Assembly (NCBI GenBank): GCA_040357565.1 | Contig: JBDODJ010000006.1 | Reading direction: 5' to 3' (one strand) | DNA: 64,000 nt | From: Cercozoa sp. M6MM | Lineage: Eukaryota > Protista > Endomyxa: Ascetosporea | In this document: positions 1-12,023 of the stretch, piece after piece | Layout: each line of letters starts with the position of its first letter | How positions within the stretch are numbered: the first letter of the stretch is position 1 | Position numbers and translations under genes: made by a program | The notes under the pieces: model-generated | Seen by the model: the letters and a program-made list of their open reading frames with translations, nothing else | The model's database searches: none | What the model was told of the DNA's origin: nothing

Positions 1-910
1 AGCGCGAACTCGACACGGTGATCGCCAACGAATCCGAGCTGCTCGAGGAAGCCGAAATCGCGTCCAACGAGCGCGAGACGGCGTTCCAGCAGTTGCAGCT
101 CGCGCTCACGCAGACAGAAGAAGCTAGACGCGAGGTCAACTCGCTCGAAGCTCAAAGCACTGCCGTCCGTCACTGTGTCATGTCGTCGGCGCAAGCTTTC
201 GACAATGTCAACACGAAGGGTATTAGTTGAACCGTGGGAACTCGAATTCTTACTTAGTATTAAACACGAACACGGTGCTACAGTGAACAACGAACTTGCC
301 AAGATGGAGCGCAAAGTGAACGAGCTGCACGCCGAAACTAGCAGGATGACTTCGCTGCTGGGCAACACCGAGGCTGCCAAATCACTCGGACAGGTGTGCT
401 CGCAGATCGCCACCTATGCAGCCATGACTGGCAATGCCAAGAAGAGTACTTCATTCTTCCAAGTCACCCTCTATACCTCCATTGAGAGTCCGAGCTTGGG
501 CAGTGGCCAGTAGATTTCCCGAGGTGGAAGATGCGCAGCAGCTGCGCACCATGGCGCGTGCGCACGAGATGTGCGAACTCATGGTGAGGGGCCGTCACGA
601 CTACTGCGACTCGCAGCGCATTCGTAAGCTTTGTCGCTTTCGTGTTCTCATCGAAAAATACTTCTTTAATCTGTTCTCGACACAAACAGAACTGCCAGTC
701 ACTGACAAAGACAGTCCAATGACGCAGTGCGACGCCGAGCGCTGGTTCTACGCACCTCGTGGTCTGCCTTTCGTCGGCATGTGGCAGCGTATCGCCGACG
801 CAGTGCATCGCGAGGTCGCCACTGACATGGGCAGTGCCACGGGTTCGCCTGTCAGCGACGGCGGCTCCATGAACGACGACGACTCGGGCGTAGAAAGCGA
901 GGACCTGTGA
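1..910 (+). CDS. 3' part of an uncharacterised coiled-coil protein (5' end outside the window, spliced)
   Basis: Heptad-like E/L/Q-rich ORFs 18-230, 175-513 and 434-910 can be joined by short GT-AG introns; acidic tail ends in TGA at 908-910; no family recognised. Confidence 0.55.
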
Positions 911-1180
911 CCTCAACCCAAGTCGAACCGGTACTCAAGCTCCGTCAGCTCGAACTCCTCCAGCGCGCAGCGCGCGGGCCACGTGTTCACGTTCTTTCGT
1001 TCGCACCTTGATTGGATTTTTTCGATTAGCATTCCCGTACGATGACACGTGAATCAATATCTGTACTAATTATGATATAACCTAACACTTCAATAATCAA
1101 ATAATCCGATCGGTCGGTGCGGGTTGGCGCAAATTGCTTACTATGGTACAAACGTGGGCGAGACTGCCACTCACGTCACA

Positions 1181-3142
1181 TCAGTTGAGGTCAAGGCGAG
1201 AGGCAGCAAAGTCGATGTCCTCTGCACACCCAGAGATGTACCAATCTTTTCACATCAAATACCAACAGGTCAAGGTGAAAAGTACTGTCGCCACGACCCG
1301 AAAGGTTGACGAGCACCGACTTGTCCTGCGGAAGTGCTGCAGCGAGTCGCATCGCGTATGCAATCGCATGCTACATTCCGATAGATTCAGAGTGCACAGC
1401 ACCAAAGTACGATGTAATATTATAAAAAAGCTGCTGTACCGATGACTCGAGCGCCGGGATGATACCTTCGACACGCGACAGTTCGAGGAAAGCGCTGAGG
1501 CAGTCTTGGTCACCCACGTGCACGTACTCGACACGACCCTTGTCCTGCGTGCAGACAAGGTCAATCAAAGTTGCGGATACAAGGTTAGAGGCATAGTACA
1601 TGCAGGTAGCTGTGTTGTGGACCAACGCCCGGGTAGTCCCTGGACAGAAACAAGTACCAATACAATCCACAATGGTGGACCGTGTAAGAGAGTGTAAAGT
1701 ACAGGCCACTCGCGACAGTGTGAACAGGCAGCGGCTCGCCCTGCTCATCTTGCAGCACGTGGCAGTCAAAGCCGTGGATAGTGCCAGGACTGCCCACCGT
1801 CATGGTGGCAGCATGGCGACCCGAGTCCAGACCTTCGCCAGACGGCTCAACTCCGATCAGACGGACGTTGCGGTCGTTTAAAAAGGCCGAGAAGATGCCG
1901 ATAGCGTTTGAGCCACCGCCAACACAGGCAACCACTGCAAGAAGGGATCATCCTTAACATTTGATAACAGACAATAAGCAATACCGAAGTTCGGACGCGC
2001 AGCCTCGTCATTGCAGTGGTGTGAGTATTGCTCGCGTGCCTCACGACCGATCACTGACTGGAAATCGCGCACCATGGCCGGAAAGGGCGCCGGACCGACG
2101 ACGCTGCCAATGGCGTAGAAGATGTTCACCGGATCCGACATGTAGCGACCGAATGCGCTGTCCACGGCATCCTTCAAGCAGCGGCCTCCCTGCGTGACTG
2201 GCACCACCTTGGCGCCGAGAATTTTCATGCGAGTCACGTTGGGCTACAGACGTTAATGTATATATAAGTTTATATATATATATATAAAGTGGAGTGAGGT
2301 ACCGCCTCCTTCTCGACGTCAATCTCGCCCATATGGATCTCTACCGGCAGACCCACCAAGGCACCAGCAGTGGCGAGAGCCACACCGTGCTGACCGGCAC
2401 TGCGACACAACGTTTAGGCATTTAAACACGGCGGAACCAAGGACGGAAGGTAGCTTTACCCCGTCTCGGCGAGGAGCAGCGTTTTGCCCAAGTGCTTGGC
2501 AAGCAATGCCTCGCCCAGGCAGTGATTGATTTTGTGCGCACCCTACATTAATAAAAAAGGATCAAAACAATTCACAAGAGACACATGCCAAAAGCAAATG
2601 CACCGTGTGGTCGAGGTCTTCACGTTTGAAGTAGATCTTGGCACCACCGCATTTCTCCGTGAGGCGCTTCGCAAAGTACAACGGGCTTGGGCGGCTGACT
2701 GCAGAAACGATTTACGAACAATGGGTAACAATAAATTGGATGTCAGCGTACCATATGTGGACAGCAGCTGTGCCAACTCCTCCTGTTGCAGACACACAAT
2801 GACGAGTGTCCAATAACTCAAACAAATTTCAAATCAATTACCTGGTAATCCTTGGTCTGGCTGACTCGCATGTAGGCCTCAGAGATCTCCTTCAGGACCG
2901 GTACGAGGGGAGGTGGCACCTTGGCACCTCTAAGAACAGCACAGTCGATGGAACACCTAGCGCTCAGCGTCAGAGCCCCGACTCAAAGATACCCGTATCG
3001 CCCAAAGTTGCCTTCCGTGTCCTACGAAAGCCTTCAAATATTCCCGACACTCAGGGCGGGACACAAAACGATATACCGGCATCGGAGCAAAGTCAAAAGC
3101 ATCCTCCGGGAGTGTGCGGTCCAAGTCGATCTGAAGACTCAT
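1181..3142 (-). CDS. trpB: Tryptophan synthase beta chain, stand-alone, about 12 introns
   Basis: Spliced translation: [107 protein letters not shown]; PLP-binding Lys present; all introns GT-AG. Confidence 0.96.
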
Positions 3143-3600
3143 TCGATGGTGCGATTGTCGTCGTTCGTGGTTTATCTGCCTGTAAACTACAGCGAAAAAA
3201 GATAAACGTGTAGGAGTATGTAGAAGGCCTGCGACAAATGTGCGAGCAGGAGGGAAATTCACGCGCAGCGCATGAGAACTGCGAAGTGGGAATCGAAAAC
3301 GGGCCACGTTTGGGTGACCACGAAAACACACAACCCAACATACCGGTTCTCTTCCACCCGTGTCACTAGCCTACAGTAAAGCTTTTGTGCCGTGTGTGTA
3401 CCTCTAGGAACCTATGAATTCAAAGCTGTCTTGTTTGTCGCCCTCTGGTCAACAAAGCGATCAAATGATCGTTTTGTGCGAGCCGCTGGCGACACCAAAA
3501 CCCATTGGCGCGACTTTGACCAGATCGTCCTGACTGGTTTTCTTGTGCCCTGCAATGGCCTGTTGGTCTTTTCTAGCTTAGAGTTAGGACCCGAGGACAT

Positions 3601-4934
3601 ATGACACGACTCCGACAGCGTCTGGCAGAGTCAGGTGCATTGCTTTAGCACTGACCTGAATAACGGTTTTTCTCCACGGCAGTTGCTGATGTTTGGGGCA
3701 CAGTGAGCGACTGTGTATCTGCAGTTAACGACGTTCTTAAGACCGAGTCATTGAGTTCAGATTGTACCGATTCTCAAGCTGGTTCTCAGGCAAACTTACG
3801 AGGGTGGCAGTTGCGGTTACTTGACTCCAGTTTCAACCAGAACGCGACTCGCTTTCGCGAGCTCGTCAAGAGCTATGGCCGAAAGGAGCGAAAGGATGGG
3901 CTTCCTCAGACTTATGACGCGAAGAAATCTTCGACTCGGTCTCATGCTGCTAAACTTACTCCGATGCCAGAATTCCAGCCACCAGCAGTACCCATACGAA
4001 CACGAAACCGAGCACCGCAGGTGCAATCTCATGAAGAGTTGCAGCGAAATGGTATTGAACCTGCGAATGCAAAATCCTCCACCCTGTCTTACATTTTTTG
4101 TAATTTAGAATCCACACATTCAAAAAGAACCCACATCCAAGAGCGGGCGCGAGCCACAGGCGTGAACTCGAAAACGCGACGAGGTACCAGTTACCCACAG
4201 CGCCGTGCAACGATGCTCGGCACCGCGCACTGGACGGAACGAACGATAGAGGGTCTGGTCAATCGGACTGTACAGCGTTTGTTGGACTCTTGCGCACATC
4301 AACTGGAGCGACGATTCTTAGTTAAACGGGACGCAATGCAGGGTCAGATCGAAGAGCACTTTCTGGATGCTATTGGACGGGTGAAAGATGAATTTGAAGA
4401 GCGTATCATCGTGCTTGATTCTTGGAAACCCCTCCTTACCTTGGTTCTTTCGTAGGCATGGACGTCGCCCGAGATGAGGTTGCAGAAGTAGCGGTACAGT
4501 AAAATTTAGTTCTCGTCGTGATGACCGAGGCACATGTCGTGCAAGTTTATATACTGTACCTACTAAACAGCTTAAAAATTCACCTCGTATATGGCCAGAC
4601 TGCTGTTGAAGCAAACTGCTTAGACCTCACTGAAAGTTTGAAGGAAGAGACGCGTGCTGTGCTCCAAAATCTCTCAGACAATCAAAAACGCCTCATCTCG
4701 CGCGTCGATGAACTTTTCGATCGAGTTGCACTCTTGTCCACCTCGCTTCAATCAATCGCGACTACCCTCAACAAAGTTCAAGTGATAGACGGTGAGAGAG
4801 ACCCTGACAGGGCAGATTTGTCCACGATCTTTGGCATCGAGTCGGTAAATCGCCGCGAGCTTAAAGCTGAGCCAGCTGCGAGGAGAATCGAGAGCTCCGA
4901 CGAGTCGGACGAGATAATACTCGAAAATGTGTAA
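3601..4934 (+). CDS. Uncharacterised protein with C-terminal coiled coil (spliced)
   Basis: ATG at 3601 with a phase-1 intron into the 250-aa ORF 3703-4455, then ORF 4518-4934; no family recognised. Confidence 0.5.
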
Positions 4935-5304
4935 CACCTAGGACCGGTTGAATTCGATTAATAACGAAACTGAACTATATTCAAACTGAGCTGAAAAGGA
5001 AAACAGCAAAAATGTGAGCCTGGGATCACATAATTGCCTTTAGAGCCCTGTAACTTTGGCTATTAGTAGACACTGGAACGCTATTTACAAATTTAGTACC
5101 CGACCCATTTATAGTACGAGTACGCGACGGTACTCAACCGCAGGCTTCCCAGCCTAAATTAAATTTATAACGTTCGTTCACTCACCGGCGTTTCTCGGTT
5201 GAAATGGTGAATCCTCGGTGTTTCGCGAGCATTCAAGAGACTGAGTCTTATACGTACTCCGTGCTTCCTTCGATACTTCAGTTGAAGTAAACGTCGCTGC
5301 TACG

Positions 5305-5890
5305 ATGCAGGTAATGTTGTCGCTTTTGCTACTTGCTTCGGTCTCGCTGGCGAACGGCCATGAACTTTCCGAGATGGCAAGCGTCGAAGTTAGCCAGGTA
5401 CCAAGCTTGACTCACTGCAGGATCTTGTCAAAAACCTGTGTTGTTGAAGCGTGGAACATTGGCACAACAAATGAAAAAACTCTTTTCGACCAACACCCAA
5501 GATATGAAAGACGTGATGACTCCTCTCGGATCATCGCATACGTTGCGCATTGCCACCGATTTGAAGGTAAATAACCGCGTTGTGAGCGCAGTATCTATTT
5601 ACCAACTACAGTACTTAGCGACTGTGCATACACGGATGCCCTATGGTTTATAGGAATCTGAATTCGACGTCGCCCAACTGAAGGGTGAAGTGCGTGCGAA
5701 ATCATCCGGCCCTGGCATCATGAGCAAGCGCAGTAGAGCCCATCTTCGCCGATCGGCCACGGCCCGCCGTGCTCAAGTTGCTGCTGCCCGCCGCAAAGTC
5801 GGCAAGGTTCGTGCGTCGCGTCGTCGAAGCCGTGCGCGTCGTACGAGATACAGCATAAAGAGAGGAGCGCACTTCGCCAAACGACGATAA
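5305..5890 (+). CDS. Small putative secreted protein (148 aa) with a highly basic C-terminus
   Basis: Exons 5305-5397, 5450-5566 and 5654-5890 join in frame; N-terminus MQVMLSLLLLASVSLANG looks like a signal peptide; Arg/Lys-rich tail. Confidence 0.7.
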
Positions 5891-6117
5891 CTGACATTCA
5901 TTGAAACTGACCGACGAACACGAACCACAAGTACCGTACTGATTTAGAAATGAACAAAGTAAGAAGCTGAACCGACTCCGCGACCCGAACCCAACTACAG
6001 TATGTGACTGAAACTGTTTAGTTCAGTTGTAAGTTTACAGACCGTCTGTACTATTTCAGCCGCTCAGCGACTACGAATCTACATTTAAATTTAAACAGAA
6101 GAAGAACTAGTGTAAAT

Positions 6118-8830
6118 TTAGTATCCGCTGGCAGTCGAGGGAACGTAAGGATACCCTGTAGAAGGTGTAGTTGGTACAGGCATTGCCCAATGTACTTGTC
6201 CGGGAACTGGAGCGGGCTGCATCTGTGCCAGTTGGTACGGCGTGTAGTACATTTGTTGCTGTGCTTGCGCGTGATGATACGCCGACGGCGTTCCCGGGAA
6301 CGGGTGCTGTTGCGGCAAGACATTTCTCGACCTTGATGCTGCCTCTTGTGGCACTGCAGCGCGCAGTGCAGCAAAGTACGTCGATTGCGGCTGTGCTGCA
6401 CAGTGTGTCGATGGCGGGCGCTGCTGTTGCTGGGAATACCAAATGTCAAAGTCGCGCACCAGCTGTTGCCGTGCTTTCTTTAACATGTGTTGCTTGTGGA
6501 GAATCTCGGTGCGTAGTCGTTTGAGTTTGTCGAAATTCTCAGTGTACATGTCGCGAGCACCACGCAGTTGGCGCTGGTGCTTTTTGATCTCAAGTTCGAC
6601 GCGATCGAATTCGGCTACGTCCATACTTGAGGCTTCTTCATCCAACAACAGTGCGCGTTTTTCCATTAATTGGCGCAGATGAGCTTGAAGCGCTGAGATT
6701 TTGGCTATCAGTATGTAGAAACATAAGATACCATTTAATTGAGGAGGGACCACGAGAGTGCTGTACCCTGGAGACCATTCACTTGTCCAGCAATAGCCTT
6801 CGCGTTCATGAACATCTCTTTGAGGTTGTGAGTCAACTTTTCGATGAGGGGTTTTCGAATTGACGTTTGCTTGAACTTCGCGAACAGCGCATTCCTTCGA
6901 CAAAGCGCATCGTCTCCGGTGTTTGCTGCAACTTGTTCAATTATTTGATTCGGTTGCTCGGCTGTCGCAGCACTGGCATTTGCTGCGACGTTCTCGGAAG
7001 AACGGAATCCTTTGCTGGGTGAAATCGATGGGTTCCACGTGTGCTGTTCCTCAGTGTCGGCTTGATCACCTGGCACCCTGCCTCTCGACGAAGAAACAGA
7101 CTGACCGTCGTTTTGCGGCATTGATTTTGATTCTTGTTTGAAAAACAGCAGCGACGCCCAAGCCACCCTTGGATCTGATATCGAAATGCCGAGGTGTTGC
7201 TGTGCGTTCTCGTACTCCGACAGCGTGGCACTGTGCTGCCGCAAGTCACCGACAGAGCCGGAGAAGTCTTGAGGAAGCAGCCACGAGCAATTCGTGGGGT
7301 CTGCACGCATCAACTTCTGCACGGCTTTTTGCACTTCAGAAACCGCACCGACTCCCAACGGCGCGTCTAGCGATCTCTCACCACGGAGCACGCTAAGTTC
7401 TTCTCGCAAGGCTGCGTTCTGCGATTTGAGTCTCTCGATTATGATTTCGGGGTCGAGCGACTCGTTTAAGATTGCAGAGTTGGTGATGCGTGCGACTCGT
7501 TGCGCGAAACGACACGTGCTGACGGATTCATCAAGGTGCTTCTTGTCAAAACTCAGAGTAGCGACCATTGATGTCATGCTGTTGCCGCCCAGTGAATCCT
7601 TCAGAACCGTCGTGAGGAGCGAATTGCGGTACGGAACGTACTGCTGCGAAGAGCCCTTGGCTTTTTCGTGAAGCGTCACGATAACTTGCTCGAGGAAGTG
7701 CAGCGATAAGTTGATGTGGCATGCTTGATTGAGTATATTGCCTTGAACGCCTGTCTTTCCGACACGTTCACTCCCTGCAAGATCGACAAGGTGCAATTTC
7801 GCATGTCGCACTGCCGCCGACGTTCGGTTGCGAGTGCTTACTCGGATAGTAAAAATGCAGTGTGAACGCGACGAAGTGTCGTTCGCAGGTGTAGCAGCAA
7901 TCGCTCGCTGCATATCGCCTTCAAAGAGTACATTCAAGGCTTCTTCTTCGCTCAGTACTCGGCGACGACAAAGGTTCTGCAGTTCGATTCCGCCGCCGGT
8001 GGTTTCGCGAACCGTCACTTTCGGCAGCTTCGCCAGAACGTTGGTCTTTCGGTTGAGAAGATCGTATCCTGCGTTATTGTAGATCTCCAGGTATTGCAGA
8101 TCGAAAGTGACCGCGATGCCTTGTGTCTCCAGTTTTCGTGCTTCAGTGAGAAGGAACTGAATGGCCCTCGGTATGATGCCCCGGTCTTCGTATCTCTCCG
8201 CTCCTCCAGTCATTGTGAAAGTTTTACCTGTCGCAAAGATTGCATGAATTTGGTACATACTATGTAATACACCTAGATTGTTTAAACGTGCTATAGAACG
8301 AGCACCTGATCCCGTCTGTCCATATGCAAAGATTGTCGCATTGTAACCGTTCAACACTGAGCGGCAAAGTGGTTCTGCGACATTTTCAAACACTTGCTGC
8401 TGCGTCGTTTGTTCTTCCAGGATAGCGTCGAACTCGAAGGCTGCACAGAAACACATTTACCTGTCTCATGCATTCAACTATTCAACTATGTTTACTCGAT
8501 AATGTAGATGGTGTACGGAAGATCTCGCGAGTATTGTTGACAGCGCCATCTTCTTCCCTCTTATCAATCTTGATACGCACGACTTGCTTCTCACCATCTA
8601 AACTGGTAGTGTCGACTTCAACGTCCCCGGGACCCAGCCTTCGCTCCTTCTTGCGATGGGGAGGACGTATCCGACCAAAACTAAATCACAGGAGCTTCTT
8701 TAATGAGACGTGCAAAGATAAAGTTAAACTGAAAGTAATTAATTTACACTTTGATCGTCTCTTTTCCAGAAGGCTGTGCGAGAGAGTCATCTTCGCTGTC
8801 CACCTTCTCCACACTTTCAACGTCACTCAT
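6118..8830 (-). CDS. KIF6: Kinesin-9 family motor, KIF6-like
   Basis: IKVFGRIRP; GYNATIFAYGQTGS|GKTFTMTGGAERYEDRGIIPR; NDTSSRSH; LVDLAGSER; HINLSLHFLEQVI; VPYRNS; coiled-coil stalk; Q/P/Y-rich tail. Confidence 0.92.
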
Positions 8831-8994
8831 GGTTCCATGTCGCTGCCCTAGCCTCAAGAAGCAAACTTGCCAGGTACTCTCCGCCGTATTTCGTCGCCAC
8901 AACGTCTTTCCGCGCGGATTGTGCAAAAACGGAATCCGAGCACATAGAAAGGGTTTGTCTTGCTCACGCAGTAGTGCTGGTCGGCCAACGTGAA

Positions 8995-11848
8995 ATGGTG
9001 TTCAAAATAGGAGCTGCTCCTCGTGGTACGAGCCGCGGTGATGCACAAAGACACAAGCAAGCTGCCGCGAAGCGGGCGCGAGAATCTGAGATCCAAGAGG
9101 TACAGACGTTGGAGGAAGGCAGCATCTGACCAATTCGTTCATTTTCTTCATTATAGCGAGATCGATTGCGAGCATCGGCGGCAAAGATAGGCGGTAGCGT
9201 GCAAGCGAGCAGGTTTGCCATTCCACCCATCACGACTCAACCAGCGAAACCAAGTGCACACGCAGAGCAGAGGACACTTTTTCAGGTCCCACCGGTACCT
9301 GCACGGGCGCAACCTCGACAAGAAACCAAAAGAGAACGACTGATGCGAATGCGAAGAGAGGAATTCGAAATGAGGCAGAAAATGTCACGAAGACAAAACG
9401 ACTCAAAATCACAGACAACGGTCGCGGAAAAAAACGACTCAAAGGAACCCTTTGAAATCCAAAAGCGAAACTCAGTCAAAGCACCACCGTACGATCATAT
9501 CGGCGAAACACCAACAGCCCCTCAATCTCCGGTATCACCGCCTTTTCGGTCTCTGGTGGCGGCGTCACCGTCTCCCCCGTCTCCTACCTTCAACATTCGT
9601 CTTGACATGAACGCACACGTTCGTCCTAATCCAGTGAGAGTGAAAAAGGTGCAGTTCAGTCCTCAAGATCACTCGGCTAGGTATAAAACTCCGCGAACTC
9701 AACGAAAGCAACAGAACGCAGAGACAAATGGATCCTTCTTTGACAAGTTTGGATCGCACGAAAAGCAACTGCGGGAACGTCGCCACGCCGAACAGGAGCG
9801 CTACCGTAAGCAGCTGGATTTACAAATGCAGTCTCGCAAAAGTCGGTCCGATGTCGCCTCAAATGACAACTCGGATTCAATTCAGGACGAGAAACACGAT
9901 CAAGTTCCGCATCGCTCTGTGGAGCAGGACACCTCTCATGTAAGCAACTTGTCGTGCAAGTAAATTTACGTACTGAATGCGTCTCCGTTTTATACCGTAT
10001 GCCCTCAGGGTACGGCTGCGTTCGAAATTGGCCTGTCAGAGAACGAGATACGAAAGAAGAAGGTCAGGCAGCAGCTCCTTCAAAGAGCTCTGCTCGACGA
10101 GCAAATTTCAGAACGCCAACGAATTATGGAAGCAAGAAAAAAAGCCGAGTTGGGTCATCCTGAAGTCGAAATTCCCAAAGATGAGGAACAGACTCGTCCG
10201 TCGATATTCAGCTTCACCGGCTCTGCACCTGCCTCACCTTTGTCGGCGATCGCACCGATCGACAAACGACAAGAAAGCACGCCAAAAAAGTACGAAAAGC
10301 TTCGGAGGCAGCGGAAAGAAAACACAAATGTGTGGATAAAACAACAAAGGACACCACTGCAGAAATCCACTGGAACAGGTATCAGCCCAGTGGTGCAAGA
10401 GGGGTTGCCAGACCCTGAAGTGCAGTCCACTTTCCTGGCTGCGTTTCGAGATACCATCAACGCCACAGTGGCAACGCTGCGAGAGGCCATCCGGCAGTCC
10501 GCGGATGCTAGCAAGTCGACTACTTGGGTCCCACAACATCGTGACACCGAGCCCAAAGCTCCTGAAATTGAACCCTCTCAGATTGTCGATGAAGCCGTGC
10601 AGAAGTTGAAATCTGAGTTGTCGGCGCAGCAAGCGGTGCACTCGGCTGAGCTCGACAGCATCCGGAGTCAACTCGATGAACTCGTTAAAGCCGAGGTGAA
10701 GCGACAAGAAGAGCAGTGTCGGACAGAACAGCTACAGAGAGTAGAAGTCGACGAGAACGTCATGCGGCCTGTCGGTAAATCATCACAAGGTCGGGTATCC
10801 CTCAAAATTTAAATGTCGTACCATTTATCCTTCCTACTTGACGTAGATCGTGAACTTTCCAGTCACAAAATCTTCCTGAAAAACGCGAATACTGCGCATT
10901 CGTCTCCATTGCGACCGACGTCAACTCGAACAGTCTCCAGCGACATCAGAGACAACCGAGCCCCCAAGTTTAGTCAAGAGGCTCCGCTTCGGCGCAGGAA
11001 GGGCTCTGCTTCTCGGCGCAGCTCAGTTTTTAAACCGTCGCAAAGAAACTCGGACTCGTCGATCCCTGTCGAAAGATATGTTGTGGTACTGCCTCCTGTA
11101 ACTTAACTGATGTGGTGTCACAGTTTTCATTTCTCAGAACGAACAAAGCGAGGCATCTCGTTCCTCGATTGAGAACATGCTCGAAGCAGAAACAAAGCTC
11201 GTGCCTGTCGAAGAGGTTCCAGCTGAGTTACAATTGTTTCCCGCAACGTCAAGGAGCCCAAGTTTTGAGAATTCGCAGGCTGCAGTAGTCGAGTCAAGCT
11301 TTGGCGGAGAGACTTCTCAGGCACGGAGTGAAGGAGTCCTGTGGCCTGTCGCATCTCAGGATGACGAAGAATGCTCCTTTGATGTGCTCGAACTGGACCG
11401 AAGTATGCGACGAAAACTGAGCGCAGCTCTCGAGATAGCGAAAGTAATAGGACCCGAGATGTGCGAGCAACCTTCGCAAGTGCCGCAGTACGCAGTGCTG
11501 CCTTTAAGTGAGCAGGGGCAAGTTAAAGCGGCCTCGGCCATGCGGGCGTATGCGAGGCGATTCCTGCGCAACGAGGTTGGTACCACAGGCGCAAATTTCG
11601 CAGATAACGAAGCGCCTGACGATCCACGCGTCGATGCACTGCTGCGAGCACTCGCTTCCGAGGAGGACGACGACTTGCACTTTGCGCAGCAAGCCGAATC
11701 CGTTTTCGATGAAGTGTCAGTGTCGGATGCAGATGAGTCAGTCGCAACTTTCGAGTCGCACTTCTTGCGAGATGAACCTGTAGTAACATGCAAAGAGCGC
11801 ACTATCGTGCACCACGATTCCTGTTTTTCCTCACCACCCAGCCCTTGA
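8995..11848 (+). CDS. Uncharacterised low-complexity/coiled-coil protein (spliced)
   Basis: Consecutive + strand ORFs 9166-9963, 10126-10812, 10813-11106 and 11177-11848 separated by GT-AG introns; ATG at 8995. Confidence 0.6.
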
Positions 11849-12023
11849 AATGCCATTCCACCCCTTTCGAGCGGCCTTTTCTTTTTTTTTTTTGCGACTG
11901 TACAGTAGTACGTTTCTTAGCTTTGAAATCCACTCAAACGGACTCAAAGTAGTCCGGGGTACAAGATGGAAAAGGTCGCCAAGCTACTGCTCTGCCAACG
12001 TCAACCGTAAAGTATTTTTTGAG

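Noticed and set aside
2930-2992. U12-like donor GTATCTTT in a trpB intron (also GTATCCCT near 10795)
   Set aside because: No U12 branch consensus; near 10795 the reading phase requires the upstream GTCGGG donor instead
1181-3142. Bacterial contamination as the source of trpB and the other bacterial-like genes
   Set aside because: Each carries multiple spliceosomal introns of the same style as its eukaryotic neighbours
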